Positions 17,587 to 26,574 of a DNA stretch of 32,000 bases are shown here, piece by piece. The stretch is from Candidatus Electrothrix sp. GW3-4 (GTDB taxonomy: Bacteria > Desulfobacterota > Desulfobulbia > Desulfobulbales > Desulfobulbaceae). Positions within the stretch are counted from its first letter, which is position 1. The number at the start of each line of letters is the position of its first letter. The notes under the pieces are model-generated. The model was not told the DNA's origin and ran no database searches. It saw only the letters and a list, made by a program, of their open reading frames with translations. Both the position numbers and the translations under genes were made by a program. The stretch covers positions 270,001 to 302,000 of the forward strand of contig NZ_CP147990.1 of assembly GCF_037902255.1 (NCBI RefSeq). The letters are read 5' to 3'.

Positions 17587-18138
17587 ATGAAATGGTTTAA
17601 AAAAAAGGAGAAACTCTCTCAGGAGGAGAGTGACAAGCAAGATGTCACCCGTGGTTTGCTTATCTTTGCCCACCCGACAACGGTTATTGATGTTGAACAT
17701 ATCCTTCGGGAAGAAGGGTATGAAATTCGTGTTGTCAGCCCGCCACCGTCGTATCGTACCGGCTGTGACCTTAGTGTGGAATTTCCCATGGAGGCAGAAG
17801 CCGCTATTACCGAGTTGCTCAATACTGCGAATCTTACCCCCCTGGATGTCGTTCCCATTACCTCCAAGGGTATGGAGCCGCTCCATTTTGTTCGCAAGAA
17901 ATGGTACGGTAAATACCTTATGGTCAGGGCGGCCAATATGAAGATAACTGTGGATACCGAGACCAAGATCATCGTCAATATCTCCGGTGGCGGCTGTCCT
18001 GATGTCCCCCATCTGGCAACGGAACTCATTGGCCAACATATCAGCGAGGCCCCTGATCTCACTGAGGTCGGCTTTTCTCTTTGTGCCTACTCATTGAACA
18101 CTGCCCGGGAAGAGCTTGTCCGGGAAATAGGAGCGTAA
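17587..18138 (+). CDS. DUF3343-like (putative S/Se-carrier-like) domain protein with extra Cys-containing C-terminal half
   Basis: 'GLLIFAHPTTVIDVEHILREEGYEIRVVSPPPSYRTGCDLSVEF' fits the DUF3343 pattern (..P.P.....C....f). The C-terminal ~90 aa are unassigned and contain 'ISGGGCPDVP'. Confidence 0.55.
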   Translation: MKWFKKKEKLSQEESDKQDVTRGLLIFAHPTTVIDVEHILREEGYEIRVVSPPPSYRTGCDLSVEFPMEAEAAITELLNTANLTPLDVVPITSKGMEPLHFVRKKWYGKYLMVRAANMKITVDTETKIIVNISGGGCPDVPHLATELIGQHISEAPDLTEVGFSLCAYSLNTAREELVREIGA

Positions 18139-18140
18139 TT

Positions 18141-19007
18141 ATGTTGTTGTTAGCCGGAGCAGTTCCTGTTGAAGATCTTCCGCTTCTGGTAGGACCTGTT
18201 GCTTATAATGAAAAGGGAATAACCATTGATGGTCACGAGCTTGCTATCAATCGGGGGAATGAAGCCATGATGACCTCTGCCTGTATCACCTGTCGGGAGT
18301 ATGGGGTGGAGGCACCCATCGGCATCGTGGCCGGGGATATTGGTAAACGCAAGGGAAGCGAGGCGATCTATAAACATCTCGCTGCTCATCTCCCGGAAAT
18401 GGGGGCCAAGGTGATGACCCTTCATTATGTGATGCCGGATCTGCGGCTCAATAAAAAGGTGCTGGCCACCATTGACACCATGGAACAGAAGCCGCGTATG
18501 ATTGCCGATGCAGGCAGCATGTACGTGGCCAAGGCCGGTGGAGATGCCCATTATTACGAGGTGTTTACCCCGGATCTGGGCGAGACCGCTTTTCTGGCCG
18601 ATGATAAGGCCGATCATCCCAGCTTCACCCGAGGCTTTATTTTTAATATGGAAGAGGATGTACCTGAGCTGATCCGCCGGGCCTATGAGGGCAAAAATGC
18701 CACCAGGACCATGTTTGTCAAAGGGGCGATTGATTATATCTGTCAGGACGGTGAAATCGTTGATACCATCAGCGAGCCGAGCATTGAGACCATGGAGCCC
18801 ATTGGTGGGACCGGGGACCTCATTACCGGCATGATCAGTGGCTTGATCTATGCTGGCGTTGATCCCTTACAGGCCTGCCGGATTGCTGGACGGACTAACC
18901 GGGTGGCTGGCGAGTTGTCCCAGCCCACGCCTGCAACTCAGGTTCAGGAGATCCTGCGTTGTCTGCCCAGGGCCCTGGATAGGGTGCATAAGGAATTGGG
19001 GTTGTAG
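18141..19007 (+). CDS. YjeF_C / carbohydrate-kinase-fold protein (NAD(P)HX-dehydratase-like)
   Basis: 'FTPDLGETAFL', 'MFVKGAIDYICQDG' and 'EPIGGTGDLITGMISGLIYAG' match the YjeF C-terminal family motifs (tPH.gE..rL, lKG, GGtGDvLaG). The ATG at 18141 has an AGGAG RBS, 2 nt after the preceding stop. Confidence 0.65.
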   Translation: MLLLAGAVPVEDLPLLVGPVAYNEKGITIDGHELAINRGNEAMMTSACITCREYGVEAPIGIVAGDIGKRKGSEAIYKHLAAHLPEMGAKVMTLHYVMPDLRLNKKVLATIDTMEQKPRMIADAGSMYVAKAGGDAHYYEVFTPDLGETAFLADDKADHPSFTRGFIFNMEEDVPELIRRAYEGKNATRTMFVKGAIDYICQDGEIVDTISEPSIETMEPIGGTGDLITGMISGLIYAGVDPLQACRIAGRTNRVAGELSQPTPATQVQEILRCLPRALDRVHKELGL

Positions 19008-19035
19008 GAGATTTCCTGTAACTACTCGATCCAAT

Positions 19036-19080
19036 AAAGGCCGCTTTCAGAAATGATGAAAGCGGCCTTTCCTGTTTTTT
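19036..19080 (+). terminator. Rho-independent terminator
   Basis: A perfect 13-bp stem, aaaggccgctttc (19036..19048) / gaaagcggccttt (19058..19070), has a 9-nt loop and is followed by cctgtttttt. It sits at the point where gene orientation converges. Confidence 0.85.
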
Positions 19081-19281
19081 ATGCTCTTTTATGCTGCTGC
19101 GTCGGGAATAAAAGGGTTTCCGAGGAAAGCGATTTCTGATCGTCTCGAAAATGTCTTACGTTTCAAGTGCCCTATGAGGTGTTTGAAAAGCTGGCAGGGT
19201 GGATGGGTCCCGATTTCCCATTTTTTCAGGGGATGAAAAAAGCTCAGCTGCTGTCAAACTGTCATCTGTTCCACGTAACCA

Positions 19282-20178
19282 TCACAACCCGGCCTCCTGA
19301 CAGGCCTGGGCTACAATCATATTCCTGTTGCCCTGGATTTGCTCAATTAGCCGGGCGCGTTCGCATTCCCAGCGATCCACCGGGTCCATCCGGTTCCAGG
19401 CCTCAAAGAGCTTGACGTTCTTGCCGGAGATCACTCCGCGATGGTAGGCGGACTCCATGTACATATAGGTGCGGGCGATGTCGCCGAATTTATCATCCGG
19501 CGGCTCGGCCTTTTGGTCTTCAATCTCCATATTACACTGGCCGTACTCGCGCAGCTCTCCCTGCAACATGGCATAGCTGTAGTTGCTGCGATCGCCGTTG
19601 ACCTCGCCGATGGCCGGGACCAGGTTATACATGTCCGCCTGCATCAGCTTAAACTGCGGGCTGGTCTTGGATGCGCATCTGCGGCCCGCATAGGGCTCGC
19701 CCTTGCTGTCCAGGCAGTCTGGATGCCCGTCCCTCCATTCTGCAAAGCTCTGACCAAAGGCCTCTGCTGGCACAATATGCTCCCACTCCACCCGGTTGGC
19801 CCTGGTCTCGTTCATACGGTAGTGAAAGCCGCTTTGGCTGTGGTCGAGATTGAACTCTTCATCAAAGCTGCTGCCGCAGTAAAAGGTGGTGAAGGAACCG
19901 GCCTGGACATAGAGTTTTTTGAGCTGAGTCTTGGCGGTGGAAAAAGAGGTGATGCTGGTATTGCCGTCTGTTGCAGGTAGATTGTTGATAGCGATGCTGC
20001 CGCCGCCGGTCCCTGTGGGTGTGGGATAGAAAATGGCCTGGAGTTCTGGTGGGATATACTGCCGGAGGAACTCCGGGGTGCTGCCTTTGAAGATCATAAA
20101 CCCTCCGGCAACAAGGAGGATCAGCAGGGTGGTGATAATGCTTTTCATGGGACTGGTCTTCTTTCTTCGTTTGGCCAT
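19282..20178 (-). CDS. Endonuclease I family extracellular/periplasmic DNase (EndA/Vvn-like)
   Basis: The motifs are 'FYCGSSF', 'VEWEHIVPAEAFG', 'DMYNLVPAIGEVNGDRSN' and 'GDIARTYMYM'. There is an N-terminal TM/signal 'IITTLLILLVAGGFMIF'. Confidence 0.9.
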   Translation of the reverse strand: MAKRRKKTSPMKSIITTLLILLVAGGFMIFKGSTPEFLRQYIPPELQAIFYPTPTGTGGGSIAINNLPATDGNTSITSFSTAKTQLKKLYVQAGSFTTFYCGSSFDEEFNLDHSQSGFHYRMNETRANRVEWEHIVPAEAFGQSFAEWRDGHPDCLDSKGEPYAGRRCASKTSPQFKLMQADMYNLVPAIGEVNGDRSNYSYAMLQGELREYGQCNMEIEDQKAEPPDDKFGDIARTYMYMESAYHRGVISGKNVKLFEAWNRMDPVDRWECERARLIEQIQGNRNMIVAQACQEAGL

Positions 20179-20502
20179 GCGGGGCTCCTGATGGTCTGTT
20201 GTTCTCTTTCCTCAGATGTTGGTGAATTGTTGTGAAGAGAAAAGTATACAACATCTTGGTCGGCATTGATAGGGATGATGTGCCGTATCCATGCCTTGTT
20301 TTGCTGGCGTTCGAGGTACTCAAGGAAAACATTGCTGAGGAAATGTCGGGAATATGACGGCTTTTTATGGCGACGGCAGGGCGTACCCGTTGGATTTGTT
20401 GGTCTTTCTGAACGTGATTGTATCAGTACTGATCAGGATAATCATGTCCTCATCCGGGAGAACCACATCACCTGCACTTCTCCCGGAAAATTATATGCTT
20501 TT

Positions 20503-21003
20503 TTACGATAGGGCAGTAAGCGCACTCTGGTAATCCGGCTCTTCTGCTATTTCAGGAACCAGCTGCGTGTAGATCACCTTCCCTGCCTCATCAATGACCA
20601 CAATCGCCCTGGCAAAGAGTCCGGCCAGTGCGCTGTCAGTAATACGGACCCCATAGTCCTTACCAAAAGCATCCGACCGCAGCTCTGAAGCAGAGGTCAC
20701 ACTCTCCAGGCCTTCTGCACCACAGAAACGGTCAAGGGCAAAGGGCAGATCACGGGAAATGCAGAGTATTTCTGTGTTCTCCAATTTGCCCGCTTCATCA
20801 TTAAAACGGCGAACACTGGCCGCACATACCGGGGTGTCCACGCTGGGGAAGATGTTGAGTACGAGTTTTTTCCCCTTATAATCACCTAAGGAGACGTCAT
20901 TCAGGTCAGTCTTGGTTAAGGAAAAGTCAGGTGCGGCTTGTCCCACAGCGGGCAGCTCACCTGTCGTGTTAACCGGTGTTCCTTGAAATGTAACTTGCGC
21001 CAT
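20503..21003 (-). CDS. tpx: Thiol peroxidase (atypical 2-Cys peroxiredoxin)
   Basis: '[38 protein letters not shown]' and '[19 protein letters not shown]' match Tpx over its full 166-aa length. Confidence 0.95.
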   Translation of the reverse strand: MAQVTFQGTPVNTTGELPAVGQAAPDFSLTKTDLNDVSLGDYKGKKLVLNIFPSVDTPVCAASVRRFNDEAGKLENTEILCISRDLPFALDRFCGAEGLESVTSASELRSDAFGKDYGVRITDSALAGLFARAIVVIDEAGKVIYTQLVPEIAEEPDYQSALTALS

Positions 21004-21070
21004 TGTGTTTTCCTCCTGTTAGATTGTTGGGTTCGTACATACTGAAAAAAGGTTGATCGGGTTGTACCCG

Positions 21071-22390
21071 TCACAGCCTCTTACTGATGGAAAGAAAGAA
21101 TTCCACACCTGCATGTTTGCCAGGTTCACACCAGGCTTTCCCGCCATGCTGTTCAGCGATCTCTTGAACGATCGCAAGGCCAAAACCAAGCCCCTCTGTG
21201 CTCGACGAATTCCTGCCCTGCTCCCACAACACAAAGATTTTGTCGTAATCTTCTTCAGGGATACCAACGCCGTTATCTTTTACAGAGAGAATATGGAATC
21301 TGTCGGATTCTGTATAGCCTATCTTTATCTCATCCAACCCTTCTCCTCCGTATTTTAAGGCATTTTGGACAAGATTACGCAAAACTCGCAATAAGGCTAA
21401 TCTATCAGCCTTTATTACAGGGAGATTTGCAGGTGCAGTCAATGCTATTCGTCGATGCATTAAAGGGGTGTTGAACTCGTATTGTATCTCCTGAAAAAGC
21501 TCTGTTAATTTGACTTCTTCGAATTTCAGCAGTTTTTTTTGGGTCAATATGTATGTGTTGATATGCTCAATAAGTGCAGCCATCTGCTCAGAAGAATTGA
21601 TGATTTGATCACAAGATTCTCTTCCTTTTTCATCAAGGAGATGGCCGTGTTTATTACGGAGTCGATTTGTCAGCCCGCAGAGCGCAATGGTTGGGTTTTT
21701 GAGATCATGGGCCATTGTATAGGCAAAGCGTTTGACCTGTTCAGACTTTTCTTCCAGATTTTTGAGAAGCGGATTGGTTATTTTAAAAAACAGGGCAACC
21801 CCGATGGTGATGATAAGCACTGCAACTGAGCCGCTCAGCAAACCTGCTCGAATAAATGGTTGCCGCACTTCTGCAAGATCGATTTTGGCGACGATTCCAA
21901 GGTTCAGTTCTGCCACTGGTTCATAGGCAGCAAGGACTTTTTCCCCGCGATAATCAAGCCCGATTATTGTCCCGGATCTGCCGGATAAGGCCTGACGCAT
22001 TGGCTCAGCCAATGGCGAATCCCAGGGCACCGGCTTCAGCTGGTTACGATCATAATGACGATGGCTCAAGAGGAAGATAATTTGATCCTTCTTTTTTACT
22101 GAGAGAGTAAATTCGCCAGTTTCACCAAAACCCCGATACATAGAATGCGCATCTATGATTTGCCGGAGCGTGGCCTCTTTTTTGCCAAGGGGGAAGGTCG
22201 TGTTGTATATCTTATTGAAACGGGCAACGGCTTCAATAAAACGGGCCTGACTATCAACAGTTTCTATGAGTCGTGATTTTTGTTGGTTGATGGCCGTCTG
22301 ATAAAGAATGGTGACCGTGACCGCCTCGACAATAAGAACAATAACGGTCATTATCAAACTCAATAAGATTACTCGACCGTAGGGTTTCAT
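21071..22390 (-). CDS. Sensor histidine kinase with periplasmic Cache/PDC-like domain; no cognate response regulator in window
   Basis: The H-box is 'FAYTMAHDLKNPT'. The N/G boxes are 'LRNLVQNALKYG', 'VKDNGVGI' and 'GLGFGLAIVQEIAEQHGG'. Two TM segments flank a ~190-aa domain ('LDYRGEKVLAAYEPV..LNLGIVAKI'). The ATG at 22390 ('MKPYGRVILLSL') is preferred. The ORF is open to 22489. Confidence 0.85.
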   Translation of the reverse strand: MKPYGRVILLSLIMTVIVLIVEAVTVTILYQTAINQQKSRLIETVDSQARFIEAVARFNKIYNTTFPLGKKEATLRQIIDAHSMYRGFGETGEFTLSVKKKDQIIFLLSHRHYDRNQLKPVPWDSPLAEPMRQALSGRSGTIIGLDYRGEKVLAAYEPVAELNLGIVAKIDLAEVRQPFIRAGLLSGSVAVLIITIGVALFFKITNPLLKNLEEKSEQVKRFAYTMAHDLKNPTIALCGLTNRLRNKHGHLLDEKGRESCDQIINSSEQMAALIEHINTYILTQKKLLKFEEVKLTELFQEIQYEFNTPLMHRRIALTAPANLPVIKADRLALLRVLRNLVQNALKYGGEGLDEIKIGYTESDRFHILSVKDNGVGIPEEDYDKIFVLWEQGRNSSSTEGLGFGLAIVQEIAEQHGGKAWCEPGKHAGVEFFLSISKRL

Positions 22391-22611
22391 TTGCCTTTTT
22401 TGTGGTTCTTTGCATTCTGTCGGAAAATACTTGGCAAGGGGCATTGTGAGAAACGAAACACATTGCGTGATACCCTGGCATTCAGGCAAGTTCTCTCTGA
22501 GAACCGTCTCTTCTCATCAAGGTGATGTTTCGATCACGCTTATTATGATAAAAAACACAAACATCATAAGGCTAGAAAGTCAAGGGAAAACAAGAGGGGA
22601 AAGAAGATCTT

Positions 22612-23805
22612 TCATTCATGCCGCAGCGCATCAATAGGATCAAGGCGGGCAGCCTTGAGGGCTGGGAAATAGCCGAACACCACTCCGACGGCAGCGGAGA
22701 AGAGGAAGGCGATACCGATTATTTCCAGGTCCGGGAGAAAGGGAATCGCCATCATCCGACAGAGCCCGTAGGAGGTGCTTAACGCAAGGATAATGCCGAA
22801 GATACCGCCAAAGGAGGACAGCACTACCGACTCAATCAGGAACTGAAGCAGCACCTCGTGTTCAAAGGCGCCAATGGCCAGGCGGATCCCGATTTCCCGA
22901 GTGCGTTCGGTCACCGAGACCAGCATGATATTCATGATGCCGATGCCGCCCACCAGCAGGCTGACCGCAGCCACTGCACTGAGCAGGGTGGTCATAGTCT
23001 TGGTGGTATTGGTGAGCATGGAAGCGAATTCCTTGGAATCCCAGATCCTGAAATTATCCTCTTCATTGTCCGCCAGATGTCGGCGCTCGCGCAGGAGTTT
23101 GGTCAGGTCCTCGGCAACCTTTGTTGTGGCAATACCGTCCATGACAGAGACCTGAATTCGTGCAATATTGCGGTTGCCGCGAAAGCGGCGTTGCACTGCT
23201 GCCAGGGGCATAACGATGGAATCATCCGGGTTCCTCCATCCCATACTGGATTGCCCCTTTTCCCGGAGCAGCCCCACCACCTGGCAGGAGACCTTACCCA
23301 GGCGGATCTTTCTGCCCACCGGGTCTGTGTTGGGGAAGAGATTGCTGCGCACGGTCTCCCCGATGACGCAGACCGCTTTTCCGGAGCGTAACTCTGCGTC
23401 TTCAAATGGTCTGCCATCGACAATGGTCCAGTTCCCTATAGTAAAATACGTATTGGTACTGCCGGTGATACTGGTGGACCAGTTGCGGTTGCCAGCCACT
23501 GCGGTGGTATTGGTTGAGCAGATCGGTGCCACCGCATTCAGAGCGGCAATCTCGTGACGAATCGCCTTTACATCGCGCAGGGTGAAGCTGGGTGCAGGTC
23601 CCCGATGGTGGCCCGGAACAATGGTCAGGACATTGGTGCCCTGGGCCGCGATCTGGTCGGTGACCTGGGCCGTGGTGCCGTTGCCGATGGTCACCAGGGT
23701 GATGACTGCGGCCACGCCGATGATGATGCCCAGCACGGTCAGCACCGAACGCAGGACATTGCGCCGGATATCACGCAGGGCCAGGAGAATCATTTTGATA
23801 ATCAT
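22612..23805 (-). CDS. MacB-type ABC transporter permease (FtsX-like with periplasmic domain)
   Basis: 'LALRDIRRNVLRSVLTVLGIIIGVAAVITLV', 'ERTREIGIRLAIGA' and 'YFPALKAARLDPIDALRHE' are canonical MacB/FtsX permease motifs. Confidence 0.9.
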   Translation of the reverse strand: MIIKMILLALRDIRRNVLRSVLTVLGIIIGVAAVITLVTIGNGTTAQVTDQIAAQGTNVLTIVPGHHRGPAPSFTLRDVKAIRHEIAALNAVAPICSTNTTAVAGNRNWSTSITGSTNTYFTIGNWTIVDGRPFEDAELRSGKAVCVIGETVRSNLFPNTDPVGRKIRLGKVSCQVVGLLREKGQSSMGWRNPDDSIVMPLAAVQRRFRGNRNIARIQVSVMDGIATTKVAEDLTKLLRERRHLADNEEDNFRIWDSKEFASMLTNTTKTMTTLLSAVAAVSLLVGGIGIMNIMLVSVTERTREIGIRLAIGAFEHEVLLQFLIESVVLSSFGGIFGIILALSTSYGLCRMMAIPFLPDLEIIGIAFLFSAAVGVVFGYFPALKAARLDPIDALRHE

Positions 23806-24522
23806 TCAGTCCTCCTTTTCTTGTGCATCTGAAGCCACCCTGCCGTCAACAAAGCGGATGATCCTTTTGGTGTATTCCGCCATTTCCGGTTCATGGGTGA
23901 CCATGACAATGGTGATGCCTTTTTCCTGGTTCAGGCCGACCAGCAGCTCCATAATCTCGTGACTGCGGGAGGTATCCAGGTTGCCCGTGGGTTCATCGGC
24001 AAAGAGCACAGAGGGGTTGGTGACAATGGCCCGGGCAATGGCAACCCGTTGCTGTTGGCCCCCGGAAAGCTCGCCCGGTGTGTGTGCTTCCCGACCTTCC
24101 AGGCCGACGACCCGTAGGGCCTGTCGAGCCATTTCTCTTCGTTTTCGTCCCGCAGTTCCCCGGTACATCAGGGGGAGTTCGACGTTTTCCAGGGCAGAGG
24201 TCCGGTTCAGCAGGTTAAAGCCCTGAAAGACAAAGCCCAGGTAAAAGCGGCGGAGCATGGCCCGCTGCTTGCGGCTCAGGTCGCTCACCTCCACCCCGTC
24301 AAAATGGTACTGACCAGATGTGGGCGTATCCAGACAACCGAGGATGTTCATGCAGGTGGATTTGCCCGACCCACTGGGCCCCATGATGGCAACAAAATCT
24401 CCTTGCTTGATATCCAGGTCCACCCCATGCAGGGCATAGGTTTGGGCCTGGCCCACTCCGTAGGCCTTGGTGATATCCCGGAGGCTGATAAGAGCGCTGT
24501 TATCCGTTTGCATGGAGTTCAC
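23806..24522 (-). CDS. MacB/LolD-type ABC transporter ATP-binding protein
   Basis: The motifs are Walker A 'GPSGSGKST', Q-loop 'GFVFQ', signature '[14 protein letters not shown]' and Walker B 'VLFADEPT'. The GTG at 24522 overlaps the adaptor stop (GTGA). An alternative ATG lies at 24513. Confidence 0.9.
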   Translation of the reverse strand: MNSMQTDNSALISLRDITKAYGVGQAQTYALHGVDLDIKQGDFVAIMGPSGSGKSTCMNILGCLDTPTSGQYHFDGVEVSDLSRKQRAMLRRFYLGFVFQGFNLLNRTSALENVELPLMYRGTAGRKRREMARQALRVVGLEGREAHTPGELSGGQQQRVAIARAIVTNPSVLFADEPTGNLDTSRSHEIMELLVGLNQEKGITIVMVTHEPEMAEYTKRIIRFVDGRVASDAQEKED

Positions 24523-25837
24523 CGTCTTTTCCCCTCTGTCATGGCTGCGGTGATCACCTCGTGCCCATCTTTCAGCTCTCCTTTCAGGATCTCGGTACGA
24601 ATACCGTTACTGATTCCGGTGGTGACGGCAAGCTGTTTCGGCGCCCCCTGTCTGCTGTCTATCCAGACATGCTGCTGATCCCCTTTGGGGACAATGACCG
24701 GCTGTTTTTTGCGTCGTCGTCTGGAGCTGAACGGGAAGACCGCACTGAGCAGGGACGGCTTCTGCTGCCCTTTTTCCGGGGCAGGGGAGTAAAGCGCAGG
24801 GCCGCATTGGGCACGGTCAGGGCGTCCCTGACCTCCTGGACCACGATTTCCGCTGTGGCGGTCATGCCAGGTCGCAGGGCCAGGTCGCTGTTCTCCATCA
24901 GGAGCACGGTTTCATAGGTGACCACGCTGTCTGTGGTGGTGGTGGCGGCGAAGTGGACCTGACTGATCACAGCGGAGAATTTTCGCTCCGGGTAGGCATC
25001 CACCGTGAACACGGCCTCCTGGCCATCTCTGACCTGCCCGATGTCTGCCTCGTCCACAGCCACATGCAGCTCCATCTTGGTCAGGTCTTCGGCCAGCTCA
25101 AACAGAACCGGCGCTTCAAAGGAGGCGGCCACGGTCTGGCCTTTTTCGATTTTTCTGGACAGGACAACGCCGTTGACTGGTGAGATGATTTCCGCCTTGG
25201 CCAGGTCTGTCCGGGTGATATCCAGGCTGGCCTGCACCTCAGCAACCCCGGCCTCTGCGCTGGCCAGATCCGCCTTTGCCCGGGCATGGGCAGCTCGGGC
25301 TGTATCCATATCTGATTGGGAAGGCATTTTTCCGTTGCTGAGCTTGTACACTTTTCTTAATTTTCTGAGGTTGCTGCCAGTCTCCTCAATGGTGGCCTTT
25401 GCCTGGAGGATCCTGGCTTTGGCAGCCTGCAACGATGCCTCTGTCTGCTTTACCTTGGCCATGAGTTTGGACACATCCAGCCGCGCCAGTACCTGACCCT
25501 CAGTCACCTGATCATTAAAATCCGCCATCACAGCCTCAATCTTCCCGGAAATCTCGCTGCCCACGTCAACTTTATTGGTCGGCTCCAGGTTGCCGGTTGC
25601 TGTTACGGTAACGACCAGATTGTTGATGGTGACCGGCTCTGTTTTAAAGGACAGCTGCGGGTCGGGAGTTTCCGGGCCTTGTTGGCGAAAATAGAGAAAG
25701 GCACCAGCAGCACAACAGAGTAGCAGAAGCAGCAGGCAGAACCTGCCCTTTCCCCCTCTCTTGTGGGATGATTGCAGGATTGCGCTAATATCTGGCTGCT
25801 CCGCAGGTGTTTTTGTCAGTTTCTCATTCGATTTCAT
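24519..25837 (-). pseudogene. HlyD/MacA-family periplasmic adaptor, reading frame broken by an apparent 1-nt deletion
   Basis: The frame from the ATG at 25837 ('MKSNEKL..', TM, coiled-coil, '..LTVPNAALRFTP') runs into a junk tail ending at 24659. A second frame encodes the expected C-terminus, 'KGQQKPSLLSAVFPF..HVWIDSRQGAPKQLAVTTGISNGIRTEILKGELKDGHEVI', ending at 24519 and coupled to the ATPase start. The span is 1319 nt, one short of a multiple of 3. The switch is most plausibly in the C3/T5/G4 runs at 24768..24781. Confidence 0.75.
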
Positions 25838-25972
25838 ATTCTTGGTTCTCTCTCTGCCGCAGCTCTTGTTTGTGGGGATGACAGCGGTTTCTGTTGTTCT
25901 TGCCCGTACCAGGGTGTTTGTGTAGAGACTGCACAGGTGCTTGCGCACAACCGTGCTGTCCGGTGCAGTTTT

Positions 25973-26026
25973 TTGAGGGGGCTTGAGACCTTGGTATGAT
26001 TGAGGGGGCTTGAGACCTTGGTATGA
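25973..26026. repeat. Perfect 2 x 27-bp tandem repeat
   Basis: TTGAGGGGGCTTGAGACCTTGGTATGA occurs at 25973..25999 and again at 26000..26026. This is about 135 nt upstream (minus-strand sense) of the adaptor start. Confidence 0.9.
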
Positions 26027-26031
26027 CCCCC

Positions 26032-26160
26032 GTCATATGACTCGTATGAGCCTGGTCATATGACTCGTATGAGCCGGGGCATACCAACCCATATGAGCCT
26101 GGGCATATCAACCCATATGAGCCTGGGCATATCAACCCGTATGAGCCTGGGCATACCGGA
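26032..26160. repeat. Tandem array of 23/24-bp units (2 + 3 full copies + partial)
   Basis: GTCATATGACTCGTATGAGCC(T/G)G occurs twice (26032, 26055). GGCATA(C/T)CAACCC(A/G)TATGAGCCTG occurs three times (26078, 26102, 26126). A partial copy at 26150 runs into the first palindrome. Confidence 0.9.
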
Positions 26161-26165
26161 AGCCT

Positions 26166-26193
26166 GTAGGGGCACGGCATGCCGTGCCCCTAC
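26166..26193. repeat. REP-like perfect 28-bp palindrome (GTAG...CTAC), copy 1
   Basis: GTAGGGGCACGGCA|TGCCGTGCCCCTAC is exactly self-complementary. Confidence 0.85.
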
Positions 26194-26371
26194 GCCACCC
26201 CGATACCCAGGGTGTTACCCTGGGCTTATTTGTTGAACCTCTTTGGGGTTCTTTGCTTATGGGGATATTGGAATCTGCTTGGCCTTGGACAGCACCTACA
26301 AACTGGAGAACCCTGAAAGGGTTCCGCTATACCAGGCCGGGGTAACACCCCGGACTATCTGCCGCCTGCCT

Positions 26372-26399
26372 GCACGGGCACGGCGCGCCGTGACCCTAC
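26372..26399. repeat. REP-like palindrome, diverged copy 2
   Basis: GCACGGGCACGGCGCGCCGTGACCCTAC has the same flanks as copy 1 (cctg...ctacgcc). The stem 26376..26385 / 26386..26395 has one mismatch. Confidence 0.7.
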
Positions 26400-26447
26400 G
26401 CCTTCCCATCAATCCCCTCCAGAATGGCGCGGATGATGATTGCATTG
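26396..26447 (-). pseudogene. Orphan copy of the last ~16 codons (plus stop) of the CHAT-STAND-TPR gene
   Basis: On the minus strand it reads '..NAIIIRAILEGIDGKA*', against the gene end '..DAAIVHAILEGIEGDA*'. At DNA level, ctacgccttcccatcaatcccctccagaatggcgcgga aligns with ctacgcatccccctcaatcccctccagaatggcgtgga. Similarity is lost after about 45-50 nt. Confidence 0.6.
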
Positions 26448-26545
26448 CACCGCCGGGTGCGATGCAGCGGTGTCCCGGCCCGGTGTTGAAACACCGGTCT
26501 ATTACCGGGCTGTCCCTCCGGGACGCTGTTGCGAATCATCCGCCT

Positions 26546-26574
26546 GTAGGGGCAACGGCACGCTGTGCCCCTAC
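26546..26574. repeat. REP-like palindrome, copy 3, overlapping the stop codon of the CHAT-STAND-TPR gene
   Basis: GTAGGGGCA(26546..26554)...TGCCCCTAC(26566..26574). The gene's TAG stop (26571..26573) is the CTAC/GTAG arm of the palindrome. It probably also serves as the terminator stem. Confidence 0.75.

Noticed and set aside
17431-18062. Minus-strand ORFs of 202 aa and 147 aa.
   Set aside because: They are antisense to the DUF3343-like gene and the upstream region, with no motifs.
19441-19980. Plus-strand 179-aa ORF.
   Set aside because: It is antisense to the endonuclease I gene.
20453-20487. A 10-bp perfect stem (tccgggagaa / ttctcccgga) just downstream of tpx on the minus strand.
   Set aside because: The loop is 15 nt and no U-tract follows on the minus strand. 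It may stabilise the tpx mRNA, but it cannot be called a terminator from sequence alone.
25824-26180. Minus-strand 118-aa ORF with 'CPGSYGLI' x3 and 'IPRSQAPS' x2 peptide repeats.
   Set aside because: It is a translation of the 24/27-bp DNA tandem repeats. It starts inside the 28-bp palindrome, has no RBS, changes repeat frame across the 23-bp units and overlaps the adaptor start region.
26166-26574. Whether the palindromes after gene tails are integron attC sites or gene cassettes.
   Set aside because: There are no RYYYAAC/GTTRRRY core sites and no intI gene. The palindromes are short perfect stems with GTAG heads, which fits REP elements better.
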